64,000 bases of DNA. It comes from Dehalococcoidia bacterium (GTDB taxonomy: Bacteria > Chloroflexota > Dehalococcoidia > Lucifugimonadales > JADFKI01). The notes beneath the pieces are model-generated. The model saw only the letters and a list, made by a program, of their open reading frames with translations. It did not search any database and had not been told where the DNA came from. The stretch's first letter is position 1, and each line of letters opens with the position of its first letter. Made by a program: the position numbers and the translations under genes. Shown one piece after another: positions 9,289-20,219 of the stretch. The stretch lies in assembly GCA_965214635.1 (NCBI GenBank), contig OZ243964.1:1299696-1363695 (forward strand), in the 5' to 3' direction.

Positions 9289-10563
9289 CTACTGGCATAT
9301 GCGTCCGAACTGCTCGAAGTAGTCGGGGAAGGTCTTGGACACGGTGTCCGGGTGGTTGATGGTGATGGGGGCGTCTCCGAGCGCCGCAAGCGAAAAGCAC
9401 ATCGCCATACGATGGTCGTCGTAGGTGTCTATGGCGGCGGAGCGCAGCTGCGGTGGCGGCGTAATTCGGATGTAGTCCGTTCCCTCGACCACATCGGCGC
9501 CCACTTTGCGGAGTTCGGTCGCCATCGCCGCCAAGCGGTCGGTCTCTTTGACGCGCCAGTTGCCCACATTGCGGATGGTGGTTGCGCCCTCTGCGAACAG
9601 GGCAGTAACGGCGACCGTCATTGCGGCGTCGGGCATATGGTTCAGGTCGGCGTCGATGCCGTGCAATCGGGCTTGTGAGACCTCTATCCAGTCGGGTCCC
9701 GATGCGACGCGCGCACCCATCTGTTGCAGCACATCGGCGTGCGCTATGTCGCCTTGTATGCTGTCGCTACCCACGCCGTTCACCCGCACGCTGCCCCCAA
9801 TCGCCGCCGCCGACAGGAAGTAGCTCGCAGACGATGCATCGCCCTCGACTAGGATGCTGCCGGGCGATGTGTATGTTTCATTGCCGGGCAGCCGAAATCG
9901 CTCATAGCCGCTGCGCTCCACATCCACGCCGAAGCGCCGCATCACATCTATGGTCATGTCGATGTACGGCTTGGACACAAGCTCGCCCTCCACCTCAATC
10001 GTCAGCGGTGTGCGGGACATGGGCGCAGCCATCAGCATACCCGTCAGGTACTGGCTGGATATGCTGCCGCGAATGTGTGCCGTGCCGCCGCCAAGCCCGT
10101 GCGCCGCAACCCGCAGCGGAGGGTAGCCCGCATTGCCGGCGTACTCTATCTGTGCGCCCAGCTGTCGCAGCGCATCCACGAGGTCGCCAATGGGACGCTC
10201 CAGCATGCGCGGCTCGCCCGTTAGCGTGTAGTTGCCCTCGCCTAAGCATATGGCGGCGCAGAGGGAGCGCATAGTCGTGCCGGAGTTGCCCAAGAACAGC
10301 TCGGCATCCCCGCCTGTAAACGGCCCGCCAAGCCCGGTTACGCTGCAGCGCGTCCTATCGTTTGACAGCGCGATGCCCGCTCCCAGCGTCTCGAGCGCAC
10401 GCAGCATATGGTTCGTATCGTCCGACTCCAGCAGGTTGCGAACCTCCGTGGTCCCGATTGCAAGCGCCGCCAGCAGCAGGACGCGGTTGGACATGCTCTT
10501 GGAGCCGGGCAAGTTTATCTCCCCGTCCACTCGGCGTATCGGCTGCAGCGTTAGTTGCTTCAT
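9289..10563 (-). CDS. aroA: 3-phosphoshikimate 1-carboxyvinyltransferase (EPSP synthase)
   Basis: 424 aa. [29 protein letters not shown], and the C-terminal [13 protein letters not shown]. Confidence 0.95.
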   Translation of the reverse strand: MKQLTLQPIRRVDGEINLPGSKSMSNRVLLLAALAIGTTEVRNLLESDDTNHMLRALETLGAGIALSNDRTRCSVTGLGGPFTGGDAELFLGNSGTTMRSLCAAICLGEGNYTLTGEPRMLERPIGDLVDALRQLGAQIEYAGNAGYPPLRVAAHGLGGGTAHIRGSISSQYLTGMLMAAPMSRTPLTIEVEGELVSKPYIDMTIDVMRRFGVDVERSGYERFRLPGNETYTSPGSILVEGDASSASYFLSAAAIGGSVRVNGVGSDSIQGDIAHADVLQQMGARVASGPDWIEVSQARLHGIDADLNHMPDAAMTVAVTALFAEGATTIRNVGNWRVKETDRLAAMATELRKVGADVVEGTDYIRITPPPQLRSAAIDTYDDHRMAMCFSLAALGDAPITINHPDTVSKTFPDYFEQFGRICQ

Positions 10564-10920
10564 CTGTTACCTCGCTTCCCGGTGCGTGCTGTCTGTCTTG
10601 TATCTGTCTCATAGAAGTATAATCCACATAGTGTAGTGGGGTGTAGCCTTTGTTGTTACCGTCGGTTTTCCCGCCGTTCCGGTGGATGTTGCGGCTGCCC
10701 TCTAATCCTAGCCCCTTTTTTTCCTTAGATGGGATTTTTCAGGTTTTATTGATTCCTCGCTGGCGATAACCCAAAAGTCATATCTGATATAATCACTTCC
10801 ACGATTTTATACTACCTGTATCGCTAACCAATCGTTGCGCCGATGCGTTTCAACAGGCAAGTCGGCAGCGGTGCAGCAGTTCCGATGACAAAGACACAAT
10901 CAGAAAGGGCCGTCGCTGAT

Positions 10921-12034
10921 ATGCAGGACATCAAGGGTCGACTCGCCACCATGAGGGGCAGGATTGCCGAGCTTATGGTGCGTCTTTGACCTACCCGCAG
11001 ATGAAAAGCGCATAGCCGAGCTAGAAGAGCAGGCGTCGGCACTCGGCTTTTGGGACGCCCCTACGCAGGCGCAGCGCAAGATGCGGCAACTCGCCCGCCT
11101 CAAGGCGAAGCTGGAAGACTGGCGGACGCTGGATGAAAACGCTGCATCGCTGGATGACCTGCTCGCAATGGCGCTGGATGAGGGCGACGAGTCGCTGATG
11201 GACACATTCACTGACGAGCTGGCGCAGATTCAAGACACATTTGCTGGATTGGAGTTCGACCTCACGCTGTCGGGCCCATACGACGACCGCAACGCCATCG
11301 TTGCGCTGCACGCCGGCGCCGGCGGTGTGGAATCCCAAGATTGGGCGAGTATGCTGATGCGTATGTACCTGCGATGGGCTGACCAGCGCAACTTCAAGCC
11401 CGATGTGCTGGATGTGTCCGCCGGGGACGAGGCAGGCGTGAAGAGCGCCGTGTTCCAAGTCTCCGGCGATTTTGCATACGGTTACTTGCAGGCAGAGCGC
11501 GGCGTGCATCGGCTTGTGCGCCTTTCGCCGTTCGACTCCGACCACGCCCGCCACACATCATTTGCGCTGATGGAGGTGATGCCCGAAGTGGAAGAGGGCG
11601 TGGATGTTACCATAAACCCGGACGATCTAAGGATAGATGTGTTTCGCGCAGGCGGACACGGCGGTCAGAATGTGCAGAAGAACTCCACGGCCGTCCGCAT
11701 CACACACCTGCCCACAGGCATACGCGTTGCGTGCCAAAACGAACGCTCGCAGCATCAGAACCGCGAAATCGCCATGCGCATCCTGATGTCCCGCCTCGTG
11801 GAGCGCGAAATGGCGGAGAAGGCAGCGGAACTGGCGAAAATCAAGGGTGAGCACATTTCGCCCGAGTGGGGCAACCAGATTCGGAGCTATGTGCTGCATC
11901 CGTACAAGATGGTGAAAGACCATCGCACAGGCTACGACACATCTGACGCAGAGGGCGTTCTAGATGGCGACATAGACGGCTTCATCCGCTCTTGGCTCAC
12001 AAGCAAAATCGGTAGCGAAGATTTTTCATCTTAA
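10921..12034 (+). CDS. prfB: peptide chain release factor 2, requires programmed +1 frameshift (join 10921..10986, 10988..12034)
   Basis: Frame 1 reads ATG 10921 ... GTG CGT CTT then an in-frame TGA (10987-10989). Frame +1 continues GAC CTA CCC (DLPADEKRIAELEE...) into track ORF 10964..12034. SPF motif (RLSPFDS) and GGQ motif (GGHGGQNVQK) are present. Confidence 0.93.
10984..10990 (+). promoter_or_regulatory. RF2 autoregulatory +1 frameshift site CTT TGA C
   Basis: The heptamer CTTTGAC is read directly. An SD-like GGTG lies 3 nt upstream (ATGGTGCGTCTTTGAC), the same spacing as the E. coli prfB recoding site. Confidence 0.9.
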
Positions 12035-12222
12035 ACATATGAAACGCCATGCAGTTTTAGGCAACTCAGGCAAGCGCACAACACACACAGAGGTTAAATA
12101 TGCGTTGTCCCAAAGACTATCGAAGGCTCTGACGCTAAGCCGAGCTTGGTAGGATAGCCAAGCGTAATTACAGTTAGTCGAAAATAGAGATATTAGGAGA
12201 GAGATAAGCAGGTGAATGAGAG

Positions 12223-13986
12223 ATGAAATACCTGTTCGTGATACCCGTGCTGATAGCGACGATGCTTGCGGCTGTGGCGTGCGGCTCTACGCCGCCAGAG
12301 GCGGAGGAACCGGCGCCTGTGCCGACCGAAGCGCCGACTGCGACGGCACAAGCCACAACAGAGACGGCAGCACCCACATCCGCACCAGCGGCTAGTGCGC
12401 CCACACCCGCCACGGTGCCGACACCGTCGAGCAGCGTTCCCGTTGTCGCAACCGCAGAACGCACGGACGATAAGCCTGTTGGCGGCGTGTTCAACCGCCT
12501 ATGGGCAGACCCGCCCACGCTGGATCCGCATAAGTCATCGGACACGACTTCCGCAGGCTTGGTGATAGAGATATTCAGCGGGCTTGTAACCCTGGACACA
12601 GACCTTCGCATCGTCCCAGACATCGCCGAGAGCTGGGAAGTAAGCGATGACGGGCTAGTTTACACATTCACGCTGCTGCCGAACGCCGTGTTCCACGACG
12701 GCACGCCCATAACGGCGCAAGACTTCGTGTATTCCATCAACCGCGCCGCAGACCCAGACCTAGCTTCCCCCGTTGCCAGCACCTACCTGAACGACATCGT
12801 GGGCATCAGCGAGGTGCTCAGCGGCGAGGTGGAGACCGCAAGCGGCGTTAGGGCGATAGACGACCGCACCTTGCAAATCACCATAGATGGCCCCAAAGCC
12901 TACTTCCTCGCCAAACTGACATATCCCACTGCATTCGTGGTTGACAAGAAGAATGTGGAAGAGGGCGGCGTCACATGGACGGATATGCCCAATGGCAGCG
13001 GCCCGTTCAAGCTTGTGGAGTATCAGATAGGCGAGCGTATCATCTTGGAGCGCAACGCTCTATTCTACCGCGACCCCGCATACCTCGACCGCGTGGTGAT
13101 GAACCTCGCCGGCGGTCAGGCGATGGCGATGTACGAAAATGACGAGATAGACATCACCGGCGTGAGCATCTTCGACCTAGATAGGCTGAAAGACCCCGAA
13201 GAGCCGCTGTCTAAGGAGCTTCAGGTTGCGCCGCCCGGATTCTCCGTGTTCTATGTCGGCTTCAACACCAGCGAGCCGCCGTTTGACGATGTGCACTTCC
13301 GCCGCGCACTCAATTTGGCAGTAGACAAGGAACTCATCGCGACCGAAGTGCTCGGCGACCGTGTGAATCCCGCATACGGCGTCTTGCCGCCGGGATTCCC
13401 GGGATTCAATGACAACCTGCAAGGGCTGACATTCGACGAAGCCGCCGCTAAGGAAGAGCTGGCTAACTCCAAGTACGCAGACCCCGCAGCGCGCCCGCGC
13501 ATCGTACTTTCAGTGTCTGGAACTGGCGGCGACATCAACATCGACACGCAGGTCGTCTTGCAAATGTGGCAAGAGGTACTTGGCGTGCAGGTGGAAATCC
13601 AGCAAGTGGAGTGGGCGACATACCTGCAAGACCTCAACCGCCGCCGCTTCCAAGTGTTCTCGCTGGGATGGCAGGCAGACTATCCCGACCCGCAGGACTT
13701 CCTAGACATACTGTTCCACACTGAGAGCGAGACAAACCATGGCGGCTACTCTAACGCCGAGGTGGACGACCTGTTAGAGAAGGCACGAGTGGAGCAGGAT
13801 AACAGCGAGCGCGTAAGGCTGTATAATCAGGCAGAGCAGCTCATCGTGGACGATGCTGCATGGGTGCCGCTGTGGTACACCAGTGAACGCCACCTGCTGC
13901 TCAAGCCGTACATCAAGGGCTACTCGCTGCTACCGATGAGCGTGCCGAAGCTTCGGTTTGTGTATATCGACGACAGCGACATCTAA
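12223..13986 (+). CDS. ABC transporter substrate-binding lipoprotein, family 5 (peptide/nickel/oligosaccharide type)
   Basis: 587 aa. Lipobox LAAVAC-GS, an Ala/Pro/Thr-rich linker, then the family-5 SBP core (FTLLPNAVFHDGTPITAQDFVYS, ADYPDPQDFL). Confidence 0.9.
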   Translation: MKYLFVIPVLIATMLAAVACGSTPPEAEEPAPVPTEAPTATAQATTETAAPTSAPAASAPTPATVPTPSSSVPVVATAERTDDKPVGGVFNRLWADPPTLDPHKSSDTTSAGLVIEIFSGLVTLDTDLRIVPDIAESWEVSDDGLVYTFTLLPNAVFHDGTPITAQDFVYSINRAADPDLASPVASTYLNDIVGISEVLSGEVETASGVRAIDDRTLQITIDGPKAYFLAKLTYPTAFVVDKKNVEEGGVTWTDMPNGSGPFKLVEYQIGERIILERNALFYRDPAYLDRVVMNLAGGQAMAMYENDEIDITGVSIFDLDRLKDPEEPLSKELQVAPPGFSVFYVGFNTSEPPFDDVHFRRALNLAVDKELIATEVLGDRVNPAYGVLPPGFPGFNDNLQGLTFDEAAAKEELANSKYADPAARPRIVLSVSGTGGDINIDTQVVLQMWQEVLGVQVEIQQVEWATYLQDLNRRRFQVFSLGWQADYPDPQDFLDILFHTESETNHGGYSNAEVDDLLEKARVEQDNSERVRLYNQAEQLIVDDAAWVPLWYTSERHLLLKPYIKGYSLLPMSVPKLRFVYIDDSDI

Positions 13987-14134
13987 TCGGCGCACAGCCC
14001 GTCCCGGTGGCGCGCGCTTGTTCCCAGTACAGGCGCGCACCGCCGATGTGTGCCAGCGCATCCCCGGATGCGCGCGATACGGCGTACTGCAAGCGTGAAC
14101 TAACCCGACACCTAACCTGACGAGGAGGCTTAAT

Positions 14135-14812
14135 GTGAGACTTATCATTGCAGGCTGCGAGTACAGCGGCACATCCACGCTGGCATTCGCCATAGACGAC
14201 TGGCTGTATGCCAACATGGGTGCACGCTTTCCGCTCATACACGACCACTGGAAAATCCCGCACACATCGGGGCATCCGCAGCCGGATATGTCCGAAGACG
14301 AGCGGCAACAGGTGCTTGCGCTCAGCCCCGAACTCAAAGAGATGACGCAGCGCCACAGCCTCTACTATCACATACAGCCCAACTCGTGGAGCGGCGAAGA
14401 TTGGCTGTCCATCGGCTTGCACATCGACGACGGCATCTACAGCCCGATGTATCACGGCTACGGCGGCGACGGAATGCCACACGACCGCAAGGTTGTGGGT
14501 CGGCAGGTGGAGGCGGCGATACTGCGGTTTGCGCCGGACATCGTGCTCGTGCATGTCAAAGCCGACGCTGATGTCATAGCGCGCCGCATGCAAGCCGAGC
14601 CGCGCAAACACAGCCCCATGAGCGAGCAAGACATCCCCAAACTGCTGCGCCTATATGAGGCGGCTTGCGCAGCATCCACAATTCGCCATAAGATTGCGCT
14701 CGACACCAGCGGCGGCGGTGTTGAAGACACAATGGCAGACTTCACCCGCAAGATAGAGTCGCACCTGAGCGATGTGGACAGGTCGCGCATCCTGCTGCAC
14801 AGGGCGTGGTAA
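14135..14812 (+). CDS. hypothetical protein, P-loop kinase-like with degenerate Walker A
   Basis: 225 aa. GTG start preceded by GAGGAGG. N-terminus MRLIIAGCEYSGTSTLA resembles GxxxxGK(S/T) of NadR/AAA_28-type kinases, but Lys is replaced by Thr. Codon usage looks coding. No other motif recognised. Confidence 0.6.
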   Translation: MRLIIAGCEYSGTSTLAFAIDDWLYANMGARFPLIHDHWKIPHTSGHPQPDMSEDERQQVLALSPELKEMTQRHSLYYHIQPNSWSGEDWLSIGLHIDDGIYSPMYHGYGGDGMPHDRKVVGRQVEAAILRFAPDIVLVHVKADADVIARRMQAEPRKHSPMSEQDIPKLLRLYEAACAASTIRHKIALDTSGGGVEDTMADFTRKIESHLSDVDRSRILLHRAW

Positions 14813-14933
14813 GATTTGTGTGTGTACGCTTGCGGCGTTGTCCGGACGGCTGTTGCACACCGCAAACCCGTCTCGTCGAGCCGCATACAAGTTATACAAT
14901 ACAAAAATGCCTAACCGCTTGAAAGACTGATCC

Positions 14934-15863
14934 ATGTGGGTGTACATACTTAGGCGGCTGATGTGGCTGCCCGTGCTGCTGTTTGCGACTAGCATCGTAA
15001 CCTTCACGCTAGTGCGCTTCGGGCCGGGCGACCCTGTGGAGGTCATATTAGGGCATCGCTATGACGAGCAGGCGGCGGCGAACATACGGCGTCAGCTGGG
15101 GTTGGACAGGCCGTTCTTCGTGCAGTATGCGACCTACATGTGGGGCGTGATGCGCGGCGACTTCGGGGAGAGCTACCGCTTCCGTGGGCGGCCTGTGTCC
15201 GAGCTGCTGTTCCCCAAGATGTGGGTGTCGTTTCAGGTGAACGCTGCGGCGATAATCGTCAGTCTTGGGATTGGGCTGCCGCTGGGGTTCTTCATTGCGC
15301 ACCGTCAGGGCAGCTGGCACGACCCCACCGTGGTTGCGATTGCGCTGGTGCTGATGTCCATCCCCATCATGATAAGCATTCCGTTCACGCTTTGGGGGTT
15401 GTGCCTAAAGCTGAAGGTTTTGCCATGCTCGGGATGGGGCGGATTTTGGGACTTGCGCATCATCGTGCCCGCCATCACGCTGGGGATACCGGGCGTTGCG
15501 GGGTTTGCGCGCTTCATGCGTGCGAGCACGCTCGATGTGTTGGGGCAGGATTTCGTTCGCACCGCAAAGGCGAAGGGGCTGTCGGAACTGGTTGTGGACG
15601 GGCGGCATGTGCTCAAAAACGCCCTCATTCCCATCGTAACGCTGCTCAGCTTCGTGCTGGCGGGGATGTTCGTTACCAGCTTCATCGTAGAGTTCATTCT
15701 AGGCATCCCCGGCGTGGGGCACTTCACAATAGACTCCGTGTTCAACCGAGACTATCCGATAATAATGGCAATGGGCATAATCGGCTCGGGGCTGTTCGTG
15801 ATTGCGAACCTGATTGCGGATATTACCTACGCCATCGTGGACCCGCGGATTCGTTATCAGTAG
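14934..15863 (+). CDS. ABC transporter permease (DppB/OppB-like)
   Basis: 309 aa. N-terminus YILRRLMWLPVLLF, and the EAA-loop region FVRTAKAKGLSE...VLKNALIP. Confidence 0.9.
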   Translation: MWVYILRRLMWLPVLLFATSIVTFTLVRFGPGDPVEVILGHRYDEQAAANIRRQLGLDRPFFVQYATYMWGVMRGDFGESYRFRGRPVSELLFPKMWVSFQVNAAAIIVSLGIGLPLGFFIAHRQGSWHDPTVVAIALVLMSIPIMISIPFTLWGLCLKLKVLPCSGWGGFWDLRIIVPAITLGIPGVAGFARFMRASTLDVLGQDFVRTAKAKGLSELVVDGRHVLKNALIPIVTLLSFVLAGMFVTSFIVEFILGIPGVGHFTIDSVFNRDYPIIMAMGIIGSGLFVIANLIADITYAIVDPRIRYQ

Positions 15864-15896
15864 GGTGCGCGCCGCAAATAGAGCGGCGACAGAACG

Positions 15897-16877
15897 GTGC
15901 GGCATATGGCGCTGACCGAACAACTTACCGAAGCAACCGAACTCGAACTGGGGCAGCGCAAAGGGCATCTGCGCCGCGCCGTAGAGCGGCTGGCGCGCAA
16001 GAAGATCGCCGTCATATGCATGGTGACACTCGTGGTCGTCTACAGCGCCGGCATATTCGCACCGCTCATCGCGCCGTATGACTACGACACCCCGCACTAC
16101 ACCGCTATACGCAAGCCGCCGAGCCTCGAGCATTGGGCAGGCACTGACCTAGCCGGGCGTGATGTGTTCACGCGGGTGTTATGGGGAATACAGAACACCG
16201 TTATCATCACCCTGGTGTCGATGGCGACAGGCGGGCTGCTCATCGGCGTGAGCATGGGGCTTATAGCCGGCTATTTCAGCAGCAAGGTGGACTCGGTCAT
16301 AATGCGGACGGGCGAGCTGTTCGCATCGTTCCCCGACATCTTGCTGGTGATAATCCTCGCATATGCGCTTAGGCCGCGCTTCTTGGAGTGGGTGCGCTGG
16401 GTGGAGGACAACACCGCCATAGACGGCATCGTGCGCTCCGGCGTGGTCGACTATGTGGTGGTGTCGCTGGCGCTGGTGGCGTTCGGATGGGTTGGGATGG
16501 CGAGACTGGTGCGCGGGCAGGTGCTGACGCTCAAGAACACGCCCTACATCGAGGCGGCGCGGGCGAGCGGCGCAAGCACAGCGCGCATAATGTTCGTGCA
16601 CCTGCTGCCCAACGCCATCAGCCCCATCGTGGTTAGCGTGTCTATGGGCATGGGGGCGCTGATAGGCACGGAGATAATCCTGAGCTGGCTGGGGCTGGGC
16701 ATACAGCCGCCGCGTCCTAGTCTCGGGGCGATGCTGCTGCAGGCGGGCAGCCTGAGTGCGCTGCGCGAAGTGCCGTGGATGCTGATTGCGCCGGGCATCG
16801 TGGCGTGGACACTGGTGCTTTCTTGGAACCTGCTCGGCGATGCCCTCAGCGATGTGCTGAACCCGCATACCCGATGA
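15897..16877 (+). CDS. ABC transporter permease (DppC/OppC-like)
   Basis: 326 aa. GTG 15897 (alternative ATG 15906). HWAGTDLAGRDVFTRVLWG, and the EAA loop YIEAARASGASTARIMFVHLLPN. Confidence 0.9.
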   Translation: MRHMALTEQLTEATELELGQRKGHLRRAVERLARKKIAVICMVTLVVVYSAGIFAPLIAPYDYDTPHYTAIRKPPSLEHWAGTDLAGRDVFTRVLWGIQNTVIITLVSMATGGLLIGVSMGLIAGYFSSKVDSVIMRTGELFASFPDILLVIILAYALRPRFLEWVRWVEDNTAIDGIVRSGVVDYVVVSLALVAFGWVGMARLVRGQVLTLKNTPYIEAARASGASTARIMFVHLLPNAISPIVVSVSMGMGALIGTEIILSWLGLGIQPPRPSLGAMLLQAGSLSALREVPWMLIAPGIVAWTLVLSWNLLGDALSDVLNPHTR

Positions 16878-16998
16878 GAACTGGGAACTATGGGCTGATA
16901 GAAAACTGATCCGACCGAATTACACGAATGATTGAGAGCGTATAGACACACTGCTTATAGAAAACGAAACGGACGCTGGCGCCTCGCCTGAGGGCAGG

Positions 16999-18519
16999 TT
17001 GCGGCGCGCTGCCGATGCGGCGTTGCCGTACTTCGTGGTGTTCAGCGCCAGTGCTTGCGGGCTTATCATAGAGATAGTGGCGTCGCGGATACTTGCGCCC
17101 ACGATAGGCGTGTCGCTGTTCACATGGACAAGCATCATCGGCGTGGTGCTTGCGGGCATCAGCGTGGGCAACTATGTCGGTGGGCTTACAGCGGACAAGC
17201 TGCCCCGCCAGACAACGCTGGGCGTCATCCTGATGGGTGCAGCATTGACGAGCCTCGCCGTGCTGCCGCTCGTGGATGTGGTGGCGCTCGCCTACAACGA
17301 TCTGCACATCATCCCCCGCATCTTGCTGATGACCACCACGCTGTTCTTCGTGCCGAGCGTGATACTGGGAATGGTTACGCCTGTGGTCATCAAGCTTCGG
17401 CTACGAAACCTCGAGCACGCCGGCAATGTGGTGGGCAAGATATACGCTGTGTCCACCGCTGGCAGCATATTTGGGGTGTTCGTTACCGGATTCGTGCTTA
17501 TCCAGTGGATAGGCACGCGCCCGATACTGCTCGGCGTGGCGGTATATCTGGCGCTGATGGCGCTGGCATTCGGTGGGCTGTGGCGGCTGCGCCTGACGGG
17601 CGCATGGATGCTCTTGGCGTTCGGGCTTGTCGCTATCGTCGGCATCATCGGCGGCTCTCTGAAATCCCAGTGCGATGTGGAGAGCAACTACTTCTGCATC
17701 AAAGTGCGGGAGCGGACGATAGACGGCAGGGAAGTGCGGACGCTCCGCCTCGACCAGCTCATACACAGCTATGTGGACTTGGACGACCCTGCGTTCTTCG
17801 TATACGGCTACGAAAAGATATTCGCCGACATCACCGTTTTGGCGGCTGAGCGCAACCCGCAGCTCAATGTGCTGTTCATCGGCGGGGGTGGCTATACGAT
17901 GCCGCGCTTCTTGGAATCGGAGTACCCGCAGAGCCGCATTGAAGTGATAGAGATAGACCCCGCCGTTACGCAGGTTACGCACGACCTGTTGGGAATGCCG
18001 CGCGACACGCGCATCATCACGCACAATGCCGATGCGCGGATGATTGTGCCGCAACTGCCGCCCGCATCATACGACCTCGTGATAGGCGATGCGTTCAACG
18101 ATGTGTCCGTGCCGTATCACTTAACCACACTGGAGTTCAATGAGCAGGTGAAGGCGTTGCTGAAGCCCGGTGGCGCATACGCCGTGAATGTGGTGGACAA
18201 GCAGCACAGTGGCGGCTTTTTGGGCGCTGTGGTGGCTACGCTGCGCATGAGCTTCCCCTATGTGTATGTGCTGCGCGAGGATGGCGATTGGGACACCGAC
18301 AATCAGTACACATTCGTGGTTGCTGCGTCGGCGCAGCCGCTGGAGTATTCCGACCTGTACTTCGCCAGCCACAAAGCGCAGCGTGGCGAACCCGAGACCA
18401 ACTTCATGCCGCAAGATAGGTTGAGCGCATGGTTTGATGCCAAGCCGCGCATCGCATTGACCGACGATTTCGTGCCGGTGGACAACCTGCTAATCCCGGT
18501 GTACCTAGACAGTCGCTAG
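16999..18519 (+). CDS. fused polytopic membrane domain / spermidine synthase-like methyltransferase-fold protein
   Basis: 506 aa with a TTG start. About 7 N-terminal hydrophobic helices, then an aminopropyltransferase-like core (VLFIGGGGYTMPRFL, VIEIDPAV, DLVIGDAFND). Confidence 0.8.
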   Translation: MRRAADAALPYFVVFSASACGLIIEIVASRILAPTIGVSLFTWTSIIGVVLAGISVGNYVGGLTADKLPRQTTLGVILMGAALTSLAVLPLVDVVALAYNDLHIIPRILLMTTTLFFVPSVILGMVTPVVIKLRLRNLEHAGNVVGKIYAVSTAGSIFGVFVTGFVLIQWIGTRPILLGVAVYLALMALAFGGLWRLRLTGAWMLLAFGLVAIVGIIGGSLKSQCDVESNYFCIKVRERTIDGREVRTLRLDQLIHSYVDLDDPAFFVYGYEKIFADITVLAAERNPQLNVLFIGGGGYTMPRFLESEYPQSRIEVIEIDPAVTQVTHDLLGMPRDTRIITHNADARMIVPQLPPASYDLVIGDAFNDVSVPYHLTTLEFNEQVKALLKPGGAYAVNVVDKQHSGGFLGAVVATLRMSFPYVYVLREDGDWDTDNQYTFVVAASAQPLEYSDLYFASHKAQRGEPETNFMPQDRLSAWFDAKPRIALTDDFVPVDNLLIPVYLDSR

Positions 18520-20009
18520 GCGCTGTTGGACAGCAGGTCGCCACAGAACGAATCGCTCCATGTCTTGTACGAATGGCGCTCGACTGCGGACATCAGCGCG
18601 CTCTGTCTGCGGCGGCGTTCGTCCAGCGGCATCCGCAGCGCTTGGTACATCGCCTCTGCCGTGCCGTCGATGTCGTATGGGTTCACGATGACGGCTTCGT
18701 GCATCGTGTCCACCGCACCGGTGAAGCGCGAAAGTACAAGCACGCCGGGCGAGTCCTCGCTTTGCGCCGCCACGAACTCTTTCGCCACGAGGTTCATCCC
18801 ATCGCGCAGTGGCGTTACCAAGCACACATCCGCATCGCGATAGAACCCCGCCAGCGTCCGCTGGGAATAAGAGCGATACAGGTAGCGCAGCGGCACCCAC
18901 CCCGCCTCAGAGAAGCGCCCGTTTATGCTGCCAACTAGCTGCTCCACGCGGTCTTTCTCTTGGATGTACTCGGGCACGCGCGTGCGTGATGGGGACGAAA
19001 TCTGCACATATGTTATTTTCCCCGCAAGGTTGGGGTGCCGCTCCAGCATGCGCTCGAAGATGCGCAGCCGGTGGGGGATGCCCTTGGTATAGTCCAGTCT
19101 GTCCACGCCCAGCACGAGGCGGTGGTTGGGCATAGTTGCAAGCGAAAGCTCATCGGTGAGGCTCTGGTACTCCTCACCCTCGCGCAGCTTGAACATAGAC
19201 GAATCGATGCCGATGGGGTAGACGCCTATCCGCGCCGTATTGCCCTCGTGAGAGTAGTGCACATCCGTATCTGCGTTCTTGGTGAAGTGGTTATCAGCGC
19301 GGTCGGGTTCGCCGCTGTAGTCGCCGCTGCTTGCCCTGCCGCCCAACTCGGAGTCCAGCGAATCCACGAGGTTGTGCAGATACCGTTTGGTGTGCAGCCC
19401 AATGAGGTCGTAGTGCAGCAGTGCGCGCAGCGTGGTATATGCCCATGGCAGGATGGCGAACACATCGGCGGACGGGAAGGGGACATGCAGGAAGAAGCCT
19501 ATCTTACCCTGCCATCCGAGCTGCCGAAGCTCAAACCCGAGATGGAACAGGTGGAAGTCTTGCACCCAGATGATGTCGTCGGAATCGAGCATGGGCAGCA
19601 GCGTTTCTGCGAAGCGGCGGTTGATGCGGCGATATGCGCGGTAGGTGTCGTGGCGGATGACCACTCGCGTGGGGAAGCTGTGCAGCAGGGGCCATAAGGT
19701 GCGGTTGGAATAGCCGGAGTAGTAGAGGCTGACCTCATCCTCGGAGAGGTCTATTGTGGCGAGCTTGGTCTTGCCAAAGTTGGTGATGTGTGGCACATCG
19801 TCTGCACGGGCGCGGCGGCGTGTGCTCCTACCGCTCCAGCCCAGCCATATCCCGCCGTTACTGTCCATTGCGGAGCGGATGGCGGTTACGAGACCGCCAG
19901 CAGACGCTTCGCCCTTGCCCTCGCTGTAGAAATCGGAGGCGGGCGGCACACGGTTGGATACCACGATGAGCCGCCGCTCGCCGTTATCCACAATATGCGT
20001 CGCTGCCAT
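18516..20009 (-). CDS. otsA: alpha,alpha-trehalose-phosphate synthase (GT20)
   Basis: Track ORF 18516..20024, trimmed to ATG 20009, which is preceded by GAGGGGG. Motifs [28 protein letters not shown]. Confidence 0.9.
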   Translation of the reverse strand: MAATHIVDNGERRLIVVSNRVPPASDFYSEGKGEASAGGLVTAIRSAMDSNGGIWLGWSGRSTRRRARADDVPHITNFGKTKLATIDLSEDEVSLYYSGYSNRTLWPLLHSFPTRVVIRHDTYRAYRRINRRFAETLLPMLDSDDIIWVQDFHLFHLGFELRQLGWQGKIGFFLHVPFPSADVFAILPWAYTTLRALLHYDLIGLHTKRYLHNLVDSLDSELGGRASSGDYSGEPDRADNHFTKNADTDVHYSHEGNTARIGVYPIGIDSSMFKLREGEEYQSLTDELSLATMPNHRLVLGVDRLDYTKGIPHRLRIFERMLERHPNLAGKITYVQISSPSRTRVPEYIQEKDRVEQLVGSINGRFSEAGWVPLRYLYRSYSQRTLAGFYRDADVCLVTPLRDGMNLVAKEFVAAQSEDSPGVLVLSRFTGAVDTMHEAVIVNPYDIDGTAEAMYQALRMPLDERRRRQSALMSAVERHSYKTWSDSFCGDLLSNSA

Positions 20010-20219
20010 TACACACCCCCTCACACCATCGCCGAACTACTATTCAACATAGCCATCATCGCTGCTGATGTCAAACGACGGAGGCGTTAGGGGGTAAGGG
20101 GGTTTAGATACGCCGCTATCGTTCAGCCGCAGCCGATGGTTACGGCATATCGGGAATACGCGCCATGCTTTTTGTATGGCGTGAGTTGTGCAGGTGCTTT
20201 ATGGAGAGGGTGTATGAGA

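Noticed and set aside
18516-18519. Convergent genes (spermidine-synthase-like and otsA) sharing overlapping stop codons in CTAG.
   Set aside because: A trivial 4-nt overlap of TAG stops on both strands. No functional implication.
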